Of a stretch of DNA of 64,000 nt, positions 1 to 9,639 are shown piece by piece. The position numbers and the translations under genes were made by a program. Below the pieces are notes generated by a model. The model was given only the letters and a program-made list of their open reading frames with translations, was not told where the DNA came from and searched no databases. The stretch's first letter is position 1. Every line of letters starts with the position of its first letter. Origin of the DNA: Polyangiaceae bacterium (GTDB taxonomy: Bacteria; Myxococcota_A; Polyangia; Polyangiales; Polyangiaceae); NCBI GenBank assembly GCA_044222475.1, contig JBGANF010000013.1:32356-96355 (forward strand). The letters run 5' to 3'.

Positions 1-107
1 CTCGTGACCGCGCGGAGGGGACGGCGCTCGGCATCAGGGGGCCGTTTTAGCAGCAAACCCAGGCGGTCGAATGATCCCTTTTTGCCTTTGCTCTCCACTT
101 TCGCGCG

Positions 108-2411
108 ATGGTACAACCTTGCGCGAAAATGAACCCGCCCCGAACCGCCCTTCGCGCTTCCTTCCGATGGCTCTCCACGCTCGGCTTGCTCTTCGGGGTC
201 GGCCTCGTGTCGAGCGAAGCCTTCGCACAGAAGATCACGTTCGGTGGCGGTGGTGGCGGGACGCCTCCCGCGCCAACGGCGACGACGCCTGCTGCGACGA
301 CGACGGCTGCGAAGCCGCCGCCGCCGGCGCCGACGGCGACGGGCACCGGCACCGCGGCGCCGAAGGACGCGCCGCCGGCAGAGACGACGACTCCGCCCAC
401 CGACGAGTGGAAGGATCGCGACAGCACCGTCGACGAAGCGAGCTCGCTCCACGGTGACGTCGGTCTCCTCCACATCGAGCACGCGCAGATCGGCAACTCG
501 GGTCAGTTCCGGCTCGGCTTCACGAGCGAGTTCTACTCGGGCGGCTTCCTCTGCACCCCCGAGTTCCCGTGTCCGAACCCCAGGGGCGGCGCGAAGGTCA
601 CGGCGGACTCGCTCAGCCACATCGGCGGGACGATCAGCATCGACGTCAGCATCCTCAAGTGGCTCGAGGCGTACGCCACCACCGGCGCCTACGCGAACTC
701 GGACGATCAGAACCGGCCGACGCTGCTCCAGGTTCTCGGTGACATCAACTTCGGCGTGAAGGCCGGCGGCGGGATCACCAAGTGGCTCTACGCCGCGGGC
801 CTCGTCGAGATGCACCTCGTCAACGGCACCGGCGCGGTCGGTCTCGCCGGCTCGGCGACGGGCGCGCGCCTCGGCGCTCTCGCGACGACGGACTTCCGCG
901 GTCTCGACAAGCCGCTCCCGCTCCGCTTCTCGCTCAACCTCGCCTACAACTTCGACAACAGCGGCAAGGTCGTCGAGGACACCGAGGCGCGTCGTGGCCA
1001 GCCGGTGACCCGCATCGAGCGCTTCGGCCTCAACATCAACCGCACCGACCAGTTCAACATCGGCGTCGGCGCGGAAGGCCTCTTCCTCGACGATCGGATC
1101 CGCCCCTTCATCGAGTACCGCGCGTCGATCCCGGTCAACCGCCAAGGCTACCTCTGCCGCCCGAACAACCCGAGCGGCGATCAGTGCCTCGCGAACACCG
1201 CGGTCGTGCCGAGCGCGTTCACGATCGGTGGTCGCTTCTTCCCGTGGAAGCACGGCTTCAGCCTGCTCGCCGCGTTCGACATCGGCGTGACCGGCGTCGG
1301 CGCGTTCATCGAAGAGGTCCAGCCCCAGATGCCGTGGACGCTGTTCCTCGGCGGCTCGTGGGCGGTCGACACCTGGGAGCGCCCCCCGGTCGAGAAGCTC
1401 GTGACCAAGGAAGTCCGCGTCGAGGGCAAGCCCCCGGTCCGCGGTCACCTCAAGGGCATCGTCCACGAGAAGGACAAGACCGACGGCATCCCGGGCGCGA
1501 TCGTCGTCTGGGAGAACCACCCGGAGCTCACCGCGCTCTACACCGGCCCCGACGGCCGCTTCAACACCCAGGAGCTCGGCGACGGGAAGTACACCTTCAC
1601 CATCAAGGCCGACGGCTACAAGGACGGCGCGTGCGAGGGCAACCTCGCCAAGGGCACCGACTCTCAGGTCGACTGCGCGCTCGAAGCGCTCCCGCGCGTC
1701 GGCGTCATCGTCGGTCACGTGCGCGACGGTGAGACGATGGGCGCGGTCGCCAACGCGACCGTCAAGCTCAAGGACGCGACCGGCAAGGACTACCAAGTCA
1801 CCGCCGACTCGCAGGGTGGCTACCGGTTCGAGGGCGTCGCCCCCGGCACCGCGACCCTCAGCGTCGACGCGGACGAGTACCTCAGCTTCGTTGCTCCGGC
1901 CGACGTCAAGGTCCGCCAGGAGATCACCTCCGACGCGATGATCCGTCACCGCCCGAAGACGGCGCTCGTCACCGTCGGCGCGACCGAGATCACGATCAAG
2001 CAGCAGATTCAGTTCGCGCTCGATCAGGCGATCATCCTCCCCGAGTCGATCCCGCTCCTCACCGAGATCGCGGACGTCCTCATCCACAACCCGCGCATCA
2101 AGCGGATCGAGATCCAGGGCCACACCGACAACTCGGGCACGGCCGATCACAACCAGACGCTCAGCGATCAGCGCGCCGAAGCCGTTCGTGCGTGGCTCAC
2201 CTCGCACGGCGTCACTCCGGACCGCCTCGTCGCGAAGGGCTACGGCCAGACCAAGCCGCTCGTCCCGAACGTCACGACCGCGAACAAGGCGAAGAACCGC
2301 CGCGTTCAGTTCATCATCCTCGAGCAGGATCCGGCGACGGCCGTCAAGCCGCCGACCGGCGGTGGTGGTGGCGGCGCTCCGCCGGCGGGCGGCACCAAGC
2401 CTCCCTTCTGA
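108..2411 (+). CDS. OmpA-family outer membrane protein with N-terminal beta-barrel-like region, carboxypeptidase-regulatory-like repeats and C-terminal OmpA peptidoglycan-binding domain
   Basis: Signal peptide (…SSEAFAQ); C-terminal IEIQGHTDN…LSDQRAEAV…GYGQTKP…NRRVQF OmpA motif; two 'G.V.D…GA.V' beta-sandwich repeats. Start could be 129. Confidence 0.88.
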   Translation: MVQPCAKMNPPRTALRASFRWLSTLGLLFGVGLVSSEAFAQKITFGGGGGGTPPAPTATTPAATTTAAKPPPPAPTATGTGTAAPKDAPPAETTTPPTDEWKDRDSTVDEASSLHGDVGLLHIEHAQIGNSGQFRLGFTSEFYSGGFLCTPEFPCPNPRGGAKVTADSLSHIGGTISIDVSILKWLEAYATTGAYANSDDQNRPTLLQVLGDINFGVKAGGGITKWLYAAGLVEMHLVNGTGAVGLAGSATGARLGALATTDFRGLDKPLPLRFSLNLAYNFDNSGKVVEDTEARRGQPVTRIERFGLNINRTDQFNIGVGAEGLFLDDRIRPFIEYRASIPVNRQGYLCRPNNPSGDQCLANTAVVPSAFTIGGRFFPWKHGFSLLAAFDIGVTGVGAFIEEVQPQMPWTLFLGGSWAVDTWERPPVEKLVTKEVRVEGKPPVRGHLKGIVHEKDKTDGIPGAIVVWENHPELTALYTGPDGRFNTQELGDGKYTFTIKADGYKDGACEGNLAKGTDSQVDCALEALPRVGVIVGHVRDGETMGAVANATVKLKDATGKDYQVTADSQGGYRFEGVAPGTATLSVDADEYLSFVAPADVKVRQEITSDAMIRHRPKTALVTVGATEITIKQQIQFALDQAIILPESIPLLTEIADVLIHNPRIKRIEIQGHTDNSGTADHNQTLSDQRAEAVRAWLTSHGVTPDRLVAKGYGQTKPLVPNVTTANKAKNRRVQFIILEQDPATAVKPPTGGGGGGAPPAGGTKPPF

Positions 2412-2818
2412 TGCGGCTCGCGAGGGGTCTCCTCGTTCTTCTGCTCGCGACGGCGGCCTGCAAGGGCAAGGTCGACCAATGCAACGCGTTCGTCGACGAG
2501 GCGAACGCGGGGCAGAACAGCTACGTCGGCCTCGAGGCGGCGGTCGGAAACCCCGACGCGCTGACCAAGAGGGCCGACGCGCTGGACGCGAGCGCGAAGA
2601 AGCTGCGGGCGATCACGCTGTCCGACGAGAAGCTGGTCGACCTGCGGGATCGGTACGCCAAGTTGACGGGCGACTACGCCGCGGGGCTTCGGAAGCTCGT
2701 CGCGGCGCCGAAGGACGACCCGGCCGGGGCGCTCGCGATCGAGCAGGATCTCGACGGCGTGGCGGACAAGCAGCAGAAGCTGATCGTCGAGATCAACGGG
2801 TATTGCGGCGGTCGCTGA
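2411..2818 (+). CDS. hypothetical helical lipoprotein
   Basis: ATG overlaps upstream TGA; MRLARGLLVLLLATAAC lipobox. Confidence 0.75.
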   Translation: MRLARGLLVLLLATAACKGKVDQCNAFVDEANAGQNSYVGLEAAVGNPDALTKRADALDASAKKLRAITLSDEKLVDLRDRYAKLTGDYAAGLRKLVAAPKDDPAGALAIEQDLDGVADKQQKLIVEINGYCGGR

Positions 2819-2835
2819 GCCGCTCCCGCGCGAGT

Positions 2836-2866
2836 TGCAAATTAGACGATAGGGTTCTAATTTGCA
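2836..2866. promoter_or_regulatory. AT-rich inverted repeat (TGCAAATTAGA-N9-TCTAATTTGCA), putative operator
   Basis: Perfect 11-bp arms ending 3 nt before the ATG at 2870. Confidence 0.65.
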
Positions 2867-2869
2867 CAG

Positions 2870-4027
2870 ATGGCTCATCCGCGGATTGCTGCGGCGCGCC
2901 TCGCGATGCTCCTCCGCCAGTTCCCGGCGGTCGCGCTCCTTGGCGCGCGCCAGGTCGGTAAGTCGACTCTCGCCCGCGCGGCCCTGCAAGACTACCACTA
3001 CCTCGATCTCGAAGACCCGCGCGACGCGGCGTTGGTCGAGCGCGACGTCGCCTTCGTTCTCGAGCAACATCCTCGGCTCATCATCGACGAAGCGCAGCGG
3101 TTCCCGCCGCTCTTTCCCGCGCTGCGAAGTCACCTCGACCGGAACACGAAGCGGCGCGTCGTCGTGCTCGGCTCCGCGGCTCCCGGCCTTCTCTCTCGAG
3201 TTTCCGAATCGCTGGCGGGTCGGGTCGGCGTCCTCGAGCTCGACGGAATTTCCGTCCTCGAACACGAGTCCGACACGCTTTGGCAACGCGGCGGATTTCC
3301 ACGCGTCCACTGGTCGCGACCTCGCGCGCGGCCCGAGGACTGGTATCCGGCCTACCTTCGGACCACGCTCGAGCAGGACATCCCTCAGCTCGGGTTTCGG
3401 ATCGCGAGCAGTCGTCTTCGAAACCTTCTCACGATGGTCGCGCACTCGCAGGGCAACCTCTGCAACCTGAGCGAGCTGGGCGGTGCACTCGGCGTGAGTT
3501 ACCACTCCGTCGCCCACATCCTCGACATCTTCGAGGGCATCTTCCTCGTGCGGCGACTCGCTCCCTATTTCGCCAACATCGGCAAACGGCTCGTGAAGAG
3601 CCCGAAGCTCTACGTTCGCGACACCGGGGTTCTCCACTCGCTTCTGGGCATGGGCTTCACGCCGTCGGAATTGCTGCGCCATCCGAAAGTGGGCGCGAGC
3701 TTCGAGACCTTCGTCATCGAACAGATCGTGAGCCACGCGAAGCTCGTCGACGAGAGCGCCGAGGCGTTCTTCTTTCGCACGTCGACGGGCGTCGAGGTCG
3801 ATCTCCTGCTTCGCCTTCGAGGCAAGCTCGTTCCCATCGAGATCAAGTTGGGCGTCACTCCTCCTGATACCAAGAGCCTCGAGGTCTGCATGGCCGATCT
3901 GGGCATCGAGCGGGGTTGGGTCGTCAATCGCAGTGAAGGCTCCACCGACCTCGGCCGCGGGATCCGAATGTCGGGTCTCGAAGCGCTGCTCGACGCGCTC
4001 GCCCTCGTGCCACGGCGGAGACGATGA
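2870..4027 (+). CDS. AAA_14 / DUF4143 ATP-binding protein
   Basis: Walker A GARQVGKST, IIDEAQ Walker B, ESLAGR, GGFP, KRLVKSPKLYVRDTG, C-terminal EVDLL…PIEIK PD-(D/E)xK-like motif. Confidence 0.92.
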   Translation: MAHPRIAAARLAMLLRQFPAVALLGARQVGKSTLARAALQDYHYLDLEDPRDAALVERDVAFVLEQHPRLIIDEAQRFPPLFPALRSHLDRNTKRRVVVLGSAAPGLLSRVSESLAGRVGVLELDGISVLEHESDTLWQRGGFPRVHWSRPRARPEDWYPAYLRTTLEQDIPQLGFRIASSRLRNLLTMVAHSQGNLCNLSELGGALGVSYHSVAHILDIFEGIFLVRRLAPYFANIGKRLVKSPKLYVRDTGVLHSLLGMGFTPSELLRHPKVGASFETFVIEQIVSHAKLVDESAEAFFFRTSTGVEVDLLLRLRGKLVPIEIKLGVTPPDTKSLEVCMADLGIERGWVVNRSEGSTDLGRGIRMSGLEALLDALALVPRRRR

Positions 4028-4641
4028 TGCGCGCACTCTCGATTCTCGCCAGCTTCCTCGTCCTCGGTCTTGCCTGCGGAGCTCGCACGGACCCTGGTGG
4101 GTATCGCGACGGGTCCGTCGAAGACGCATCGATCGGCGTCGACGCGTCACGCGACGTGACCAGCGACGCTCCGGCCGACGTTCGCCTCGATCGCAACCCG
4201 CCGAAGGACGCGGCGGCGTGCTGCGGGTCGCTGCTCCTCAACGCGAATCAGATCCCCGGCAACTGCGTGCAAGGTGCACCGTTCCTCGCGTTTGCGATCG
4301 ACGCGGAGTGCAGCGCTCCGGTGCAGCGCATCGACGTCCACACGAGCGCGAAGCAGCTCGCCGTCCTCGCCGACGGCGGCGGCATCCCAGGCGCGATCCT
4401 CGTCTCGCCGACCGCGACGTTCGCGTCCGATCCCGGCTGGTTCTCGATCGCGCCGACCGGTCTCGTGCTCCAGCAGGGCCTCCGCTACTACATCGCGATC
4501 GGCGGCTCGGGCACGCCCTGCGACTACGCGAATCAGGGCGACCCGGTGGAGTACTGGGGAAACTGGGACAACGCGCTGCAGAAATTCGAGGGGCCGTTCT
4601 TCCAGCCCTACGTCGCGCGGGTGATCGCGAGCTGCAAGTGA
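4024..4641 (+). CDS. hypothetical lipoprotein
   Basis: Lipobox LGLAC-GARTD, ATGA overlap with upstream stop. Confidence 0.7.
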   Translation: MMRALSILASFLVLGLACGARTDPGGYRDGSVEDASIGVDASRDVTSDAPADVRLDRNPPKDAAACCGSLLLNANQIPGNCVQGAPFLAFAIDAECSAPVQRIDVHTSAKQLAVLADGGGIPGAILVSPTATFASDPGWFSIAPTGLVLQQGLRYYIAIGGSGTPCDYANQGDPVEYWGNWDNALQKFEGPFFQPYVARVIASCK

Positions 4642-4690
4642 CGATCAAGCTCTTCACGGCGTCGCAGCCGACGTGTAGACCTCGTTCGAC

Positions 4691-6640
4691 ATGCAGCGGA
4701 CCAAGCTCCTCGGCGCGTTGACTCTCGGCGCGAGCCTCTTCGCCGCGACGTCCGCCCACGCCCAGACCGTCGAGCCCGGGTTCGCGGTCAACCGCTTCGA
4801 GCCCTCCGAGCGCAACAACGAGTGGTTCGCGAACGACACCCTCGATCTGCGCGGCAAGTTCCGCCCCTCGTTCGGTCTCGTCGTCGACGGCCAGTACCGC
4901 CCAATCGTCGCGTATCGCGCCAACGGCGACGTCGTCGCGAGCCCGGTTCGCAACGTCGGCACGCTCCACCTCGGCGCAGCGGTGAACCTCTTCGACCGCC
5001 TCCGCATCGGGTTGAACCTCCCGATCGTCCTCTTCCAGGACGGCCACCAGACGACCCTCGGCACGCGCACCATCTCGCTCCCCGCGAACGACCAAGCCCT
5101 CGGCGATCTGCGCGTCGGCGCGGACTTCCGCCTCTTCGGCGAGCACCTCTCGCCGATCACGATGGCGATCGGCGTCCAGGTCTGGTTCCCCACCGGCAGC
5201 CAGGACGACTACACGACCGACGGCAACGTCCGCGTCGCGCCTCGCGTCACGGTCGCGGGCGACATCGACATCTTCACCTACTCGGCCCGCATCGGCGCCC
5301 AGTTCGGGCGGCCCGAGCGTTGGTTCGGCGCTACCAAGTTGGGACAAGAGCTCACGTTCGCGGCCGCCGCGGGGCTCCGCGTCATCGACAAGCACCTCGT
5401 CGTCGGTCCCGAGGTCTTCGGCAGCACCGTCATCCTGAGCGATCCGGCGACCGGGAACACGACCGGCCTCGCCGACAATGGCACCGCGCAGACCGCCGTC
5501 GAAGGACTGCTCGGCGCGCACTACACCGCTGGCTTCGTTCGGTTCGGCGCCGGCGGCGGCTTTGGGTTCACGCGAGGCCTCGGCTCGCCCGAGCGTCGTT
5601 GGATGGTCAGCTTCGAGATCGTCCCGACCGTGAGCCAAGACACCGACGCGGATGGCATCGTCGATCAAGACGACGCCTGCCCGACGGTCGCCGGGGTGAA
5701 GAGCGCCGACCCGAAGAAGAACGGCTGCCCGCCCGATCGCGACGGCGACGGCGTGGTCGACGCGGACGACGCGTGCATCGACGTGCCGGGCCTGAAGACG
5801 AGCGATCCGCTGACCAACGGCTGCCCGGCGGTCAAAGACGACGACAAGGACGGCATCCCGAACGAGAAGGACGCTTGCCCGGCCGTCCCGGGCGTGAAGC
5901 ACGACGACCCGAAGAAGAACGGCTGCCCGCCCGACAACGACGGCGACGGCATCATCAACGACACGGACGCGTGCCCCGACCTCGCCGGCGTCCCCGATCC
6001 GGATCCGAGGAAGAACGGCTGCCCGCCCGACAAGGACGAGGACGGCATCCTCGACAAGGACGACGCCTGCATCGACGTGAAGGGCGTCCCTTCGACGAAG
6101 CCCGAGTTCAACGGGTGCCCGGCCGACCTCGACTCCGACACGATCGCGAACGAGGTCGACGCCTGCCCGCGCGAGCCGGGGAAGGCCAACGCCGACCCGA
6201 CCAAGAACGGCTGCCCGACCGCCTACATCGCGCAGGGCTCGATCAAGATCCTCGACCAGGTGAAGTTCAAGACCGCGAGCGCGGAGATCCTCCCGGGCAA
6301 GGACAGCCAAGAGATCCTCCAGGCCGTCCTCGAGATCCTGAAGACCCACCCCGAGGTGAAGAAGGTCAGCGTCGAGGGCCACACCGACAGCGTCGGCAAC
6401 CCTCAGTTCAACAAGACGCTGAGCGCGAACCGCGCGGCCTCGGTCGTGAAGTGGTTGGTCACCCACGGGATCGACAAGGCCCGCCTCACGAGCGCCGGCT
6501 TCGGGCCGGATCGCCCCATCGCCGACAACGCGACCGATGACGGGAAGCGCCAGAACCGGCGGGTGGAGTTCCACATCGTGGAGGGCGGCGGCGCCGACGG
6601 AACCACGGTGACGACTCCGCCACCTGCCCCCAAACCCTGA
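4691..6640 (+). CDS. OmpA-family protein with thrombospondin type 3 (Ca-binding) repeats
   Basis: Signal peptide AHAQ; six D.DGDG..D..DACP…NGCP repeats; VEGHTD…NRRVEF OmpA domain. Confidence 0.93.
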   Translation: MQRTKLLGALTLGASLFAATSAHAQTVEPGFAVNRFEPSERNNEWFANDTLDLRGKFRPSFGLVVDGQYRPIVAYRANGDVVASPVRNVGTLHLGAAVNLFDRLRIGLNLPIVLFQDGHQTTLGTRTISLPANDQALGDLRVGADFRLFGEHLSPITMAIGVQVWFPTGSQDDYTTDGNVRVAPRVTVAGDIDIFTYSARIGAQFGRPERWFGATKLGQELTFAAAAGLRVIDKHLVVGPEVFGSTVILSDPATGNTTGLADNGTAQTAVEGLLGAHYTAGFVRFGAGGGFGFTRGLGSPERRWMVSFEIVPTVSQDTDADGIVDQDDACPTVAGVKSADPKKNGCPPDRDGDGVVDADDACIDVPGLKTSDPLTNGCPAVKDDDKDGIPNEKDACPAVPGVKHDDPKKNGCPPDNDGDGIINDTDACPDLAGVPDPDPRKNGCPPDKDEDGILDKDDACIDVKGVPSTKPEFNGCPADLDSDTIANEVDACPREPGKANADPTKNGCPTAYIAQGSIKILDQVKFKTASAEILPGKDSQEILQAVLEILKTHPEVKKVSVEGHTDSVGNPQFNKTLSANRAASVVKWLVTHGIDKARLTSAGFGPDRPIADNATDDGKRQNRRVEFHIVEGGGADGTTVTTPPPAPKP

Positions 6641-6654
6641 GTTTCGGGCTCCGT

Positions 6655-6678
6655 CCCTGGCGCCCTGGCGTCCTGGCG
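6655..6678 (+). repeat. three tandem 8-mers (C/T)CCTGGCG
   Basis: ccctggcg ccctggcg tcctggcg in the intergenic region. Confidence 0.55.
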
Positions 6679-6716
6679 GTTTCTTCCTCTCGGAGCCTGC
6701 ACCGGGCCGACGGTGC

Positions 6717-6745
6717 TTGACCGAAAGGGGTCGTCGATGTAGGTT
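6717..6745 (+). promoter_or_regulatory. sigma70-type promoter of the rimP-nusA-infB operon
   Basis: TTGACC-17 nt-TAGGTT. Confidence 0.65.
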
Positions 6746-6768
6746 CCGCGCCCCAGTTGGTGGTTGGA

Positions 6769-6803
6769 CACGCGGAACCCCATCCGGGGTGACCGCGTTT
6801 TTT
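6769..6803 (+). terminator. rimP-leader attenuator-like hairpin with U-tract
   Basis: acgcgg…ccgcgt stem followed by a T-run immediately before the rimP ATG. Confidence 0.6.
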
Positions 6804-6804
6804 T

Positions 6805-7389
6805 ATGCTCGAAATGGCCCTTTCCACTCCCAAGACAGGCTCCGAGAACCTCGGCGGCGCCCTCGGCGTCGACCGCAAGCGCCTGCTCGACGTGATCGAG
6901 CCGGTGGTCTTCGGCCACGGAGCGGAGATCGTCGACGTCGAGCTGAAGAACGAATCGGGCTGGATTCTTCGAGTCTTCGTCGAGAAAGCGGGCAGCGCGG
7001 ACAAGAACGCTTCCGTCGTCGATGCCGCCGTCAGCCTCGAGCTCTGCGCCAACGTGTCGCGCGACCTGTCGCCCGCCCTCGACGTCGCGGACCTCATCCC
7101 CGTTCGGTACAACCTCGAGATCAGCTCGCCAGGTCTCGAGCGCCCGCTCCGGTCGGCCCGCGATTTCAGCCGTTTCGAGGGACAAAAAGCCAAGATCCGA
7201 GTGACGAACCCGGTCGCGGGACAGAGGGTCCTCGTCGGGAAGCTCGGCCCCGTGTCGTCGGGAAACGTGGCCGTCGTCGACGGCTCGCGCACCTTCGAGG
7301 TGCCCCTCGCCGACGTCGAGAAAGCTCACCTCGTCTTCGAGTTTGGACCGGCTCCCAAGCCTGGGAAGAAGAACGCATCAAGGAAATGA
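6805..7389 (+). CDS. rimP: ribosome maturation factor RimP
   Basis: LRVFVEK…C..VSR.LS..LDV.D.I…YNLEISSPGLERPL; position upstream of nusA. Confidence 0.96.
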   Translation: MLEMALSTPKTGSENLGGALGVDRKRLLDVIEPVVFGHGAEIVDVELKNESGWILRVFVEKAGSADKNASVVDAAVSLELCANVSRDLSPALDVADLIPVRYNLEISSPGLERPLRSARDFSRFEGQKAKIRVTNPVAGQRVLVGKLGPVSSGNVAVVDGSRTFEVPLADVEKAHLVFEFGPAPKPGKKNASRK

Positions 7390-9014
7390 CGACCATGGCA
7401 ACTCAGACCGCTCAAGCCCCCGATCTGAACCTCCTCCAAGCGATCGAAATGGTCGCGAAGGACAAGGGCATCGACAAGACGCGCCTCGTGAAGACCGTCG
7501 AAGAGGCGATCCTCAAGGCAGCGCAGAGCGTCTTCGGTCCGAATCGGGAGATGGAAGCCCGCTTCAACGAAGAGTCCGGTCAGGTCGACCTCTTCCAGTA
7601 CATGACCGTCGTCGACGACCCGTCGGACGACGAGCGCGAAATTTCCCTCGAAGATGCGCAGAAGGCTGGCCTCGAGGCGGAGCTCGGCGAGGAGCTCGGC
7701 TTCCAGATCTTCTGGCACCCGAGCGACGCGAAGAAGGCCCAGGAGCAGGATCGCGAGTTCGGCGATCTCCTGATGGTGAAGCAGGCGCGCAGCCAGTTCG
7801 GCCGCATCGCCGCCCAGACCGCGAAGCAGGTCCTCATCCAGCGCGTCCGCGACGAAGAGCGCGACCTCATCTTCAACGAGTTCAAGGACAAGAAGGGCCA
7901 GCTCATCAAGGGCACCGTCCGCCGCTTCGAGAAGGGCAACAACCTCATCGTCGATCTCGATCGCACCGAGGGCATCCTCCCGTTCCGCGAGCAGACCCCG
8001 CGTGAGTCGTACCGCCCCGGCGATCGCATCGTCGCGTACGTCAAAGACATCGACCGCGAGGCCCGCGGGCCGCAGATCATCCTGTCTCGCGCCGATCCGC
8101 GCCTCGTCGAGAAGCTCTTCGAGTCGGAGGTCCCGGAGATCTACGAAGGCATCGTCCGCATCGTCGCGTGCGCGCGCGAGCCGGGCGCTCGCTCCAAGAT
8201 CGCCGTCACCAGCCGCGACGCGGACGTCGATCCGGTGGGCGCGTGCGTCGGCATGAAGGGCTCGCGAGTGCAGGCCGTCGTGCAAGAGCTCCGCGGCGAG
8301 AAGATCGACATCGTCCCGTACGACAAGGACCCGGCGCGCTTCGTGTGCGCCGCGATCCAGCCGGCCGAGGTCAACAAGGTCATCGTCGACGAAGCCGACA
8401 ACCGCATGGAGCTCGTCGTCCCCGACGAGAAGCTCTCGCTCGCGATTGGTCGCAAGGGCCAGAACGTGCGCCTCGCGGCGCAGCTCACTGGCTGGAAGCT
8501 CGACATCATCAGCGAAGCGAAATTCCGCCAGATGGAAGAAGAGGCGATCGCCTCGCTCCAGCGCGTCGAGGGCGTCACCGACGTCATCGCGCGCGGCATG
8601 TACCGCGTCGGCTTCCGCGCCATCGAGGAGCTCGCCGAGGCGACCGAGCAAGAGCTCGCGTCCGTCCCCGGCATCACGAGCCCCGAGTTCGCGCAGAAGA
8701 TCAAGGAGGACGCCGAGGCCACGATGGAGCGTCTCCGTCAGGAGCGCATCAAGGCCGCGTCGTCGCGCGTCGAGCCCCTCACCGAGCGCGAGCGACTCCT
8801 GTTCGTGCGCGGCGTCGGCGAGCGCACCGTGACCCTCCTCGAAGAGGCGGGATACAAGAGCGTCGAGGACGTCCGCCGCGAAGACGAGGACAAGCTCGCC
8901 ATCAAGACGGGCCTCGGCATCAAGAAGGCGCGCGCGTTGAAGGCAGGGGTCGAGCACTTCCTCGGCAGCGAGTGGCGCGAAATCGAGAGCGCGCGAAAGG
9001 CCGCAAAGGCTTGA
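7386..9014 (+). CDS. nusA: transcription termination/antitermination factor NusA with C-terminal HhH repeats
   Basis: FGRIAAQTAKQV, AREPGARSKIAV, DPVGACVGMKGSRVQ, LAIGRKGQNVRLA; start 7386 or 7395. Confidence 0.98.
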   Translation: MTTMATQTAQAPDLNLLQAIEMVAKDKGIDKTRLVKTVEEAILKAAQSVFGPNREMEARFNEESGQVDLFQYMTVVDDPSDDEREISLEDAQKAGLEAELGEELGFQIFWHPSDAKKAQEQDREFGDLLMVKQARSQFGRIAAQTAKQVLIQRVRDEERDLIFNEFKDKKGQLIKGTVRRFEKGNNLIVDLDRTEGILPFREQTPRESYRPGDRIVAYVKDIDREARGPQIILSRADPRLVEKLFESEVPEIYEGIVRIVACAREPGARSKIAVTSRDADVDPVGACVGMKGSRVQAVVQELRGEKIDIVPYDKDPARFVCAAIQPAEVNKVIVDEADNRMELVVPDEKLSLAIGRKGQNVRLAAQLTGWKLDIISEAKFRQMEEEAIASLQRVEGVTDVIARGMYRVGFRAIEELAEATEQELASVPGITSPEFAQKIKEDAEATMERLRQERIKAASSRVEPLTERERLLFVRGVGERTVTLLEEAGYKSVEDVRREDEDKLAIKTGLGIKKARALKAGVEHFLGSEWREIESARKAAKA

Positions 9015-9024
9015 GCAGACCAGA

Positions 9025-9639
9025 ATGACGATGACCGAAATCCCGAACACGAGAGCGACGAACGAGCGCACCTGCGTGGGCTGCGGCGAGAAAGCCGTGG
9101 CCGATGCGATGGTGCGCCTCGTCGTGTCTCCGGCGGGTGAAATTGCGGTCGACGCAGCCGGTGGCGCGTTCGGTCGCGGGGCCCACGTTCACGGCACGGC
9201 GGCCTGCGTCGCCCGCGCCGCGAAGGGCGGGCTCTCCCGCGCGTTCAAGCGGGAGATCAAAGTGACGAGCGCAGAGCTCGCGCGGATGATCGGCGATGCG
9301 CTCGGTCGCCGAGCGATCGGACTCCTCGCGTCTGCGCGGAGCGCGGGCTGGCTCGCCATCGGGACCGACGCCTCGGTAGAGGCGCTGCGGGAGGGCGCGC
9401 CCCTCGTCGTCGTCGCGGTCGACGCAGCGGCGGCGGCGCACGTCCACGCCGTCGAGCAAGCCGTCGCCGAAGGGCGCGCGGTGGCGTTCGGTCGGAAGTC
9501 GGAGCTCGGCAAGCTCCTGGGGAAAGAGGAAGTCGCGGTCATCGCGATCACCCATCGGGGGATCGCGGGGCACGTCGCTTCGCTAGTAAGGACCGCGAAC
9601 GCGGTCGCCGTGGAACTCGGTGGTTCGGAGGATCGATGA
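9025..9639 (+). CDS. YlxR (DUF448) fused to an L7Ae-like domain
   Basis: ERTCVGC…GRGAHV…C; C-terminal KSELGKLLGKEEVAVIAI; lies between nusA and infB. Confidence 0.88.
   Translation: MTMTEIPNTRATNERTCVGCGEKAVADAMVRLVVSPAGEIAVDAAGGAFGRGAHVHGTAACVARAAKGGLSRAFKREIKVTSAELARMIGDALGRRAIGLLASARSAGWLAIGTDASVEALREGAPLVVVAVDAAAAAHVHAVEQAVAEGRAVAFGRKSELGKLLGKEEVAVIAITHRGIAGHVASLVRTANAVAVELGGSEDR

Noticed and set aside
5640..6220. DNA-level repeats in the second OmpA gene
   Set aside because: Explained by coding thrombospondin type 3 repeats.
6717..7385. Long N-terminal extension of NusA in the ORF track
   Set aside because: It overlaps rimP in another frame; the real start is at 7386 or 7395 after an AAGGA RBS.
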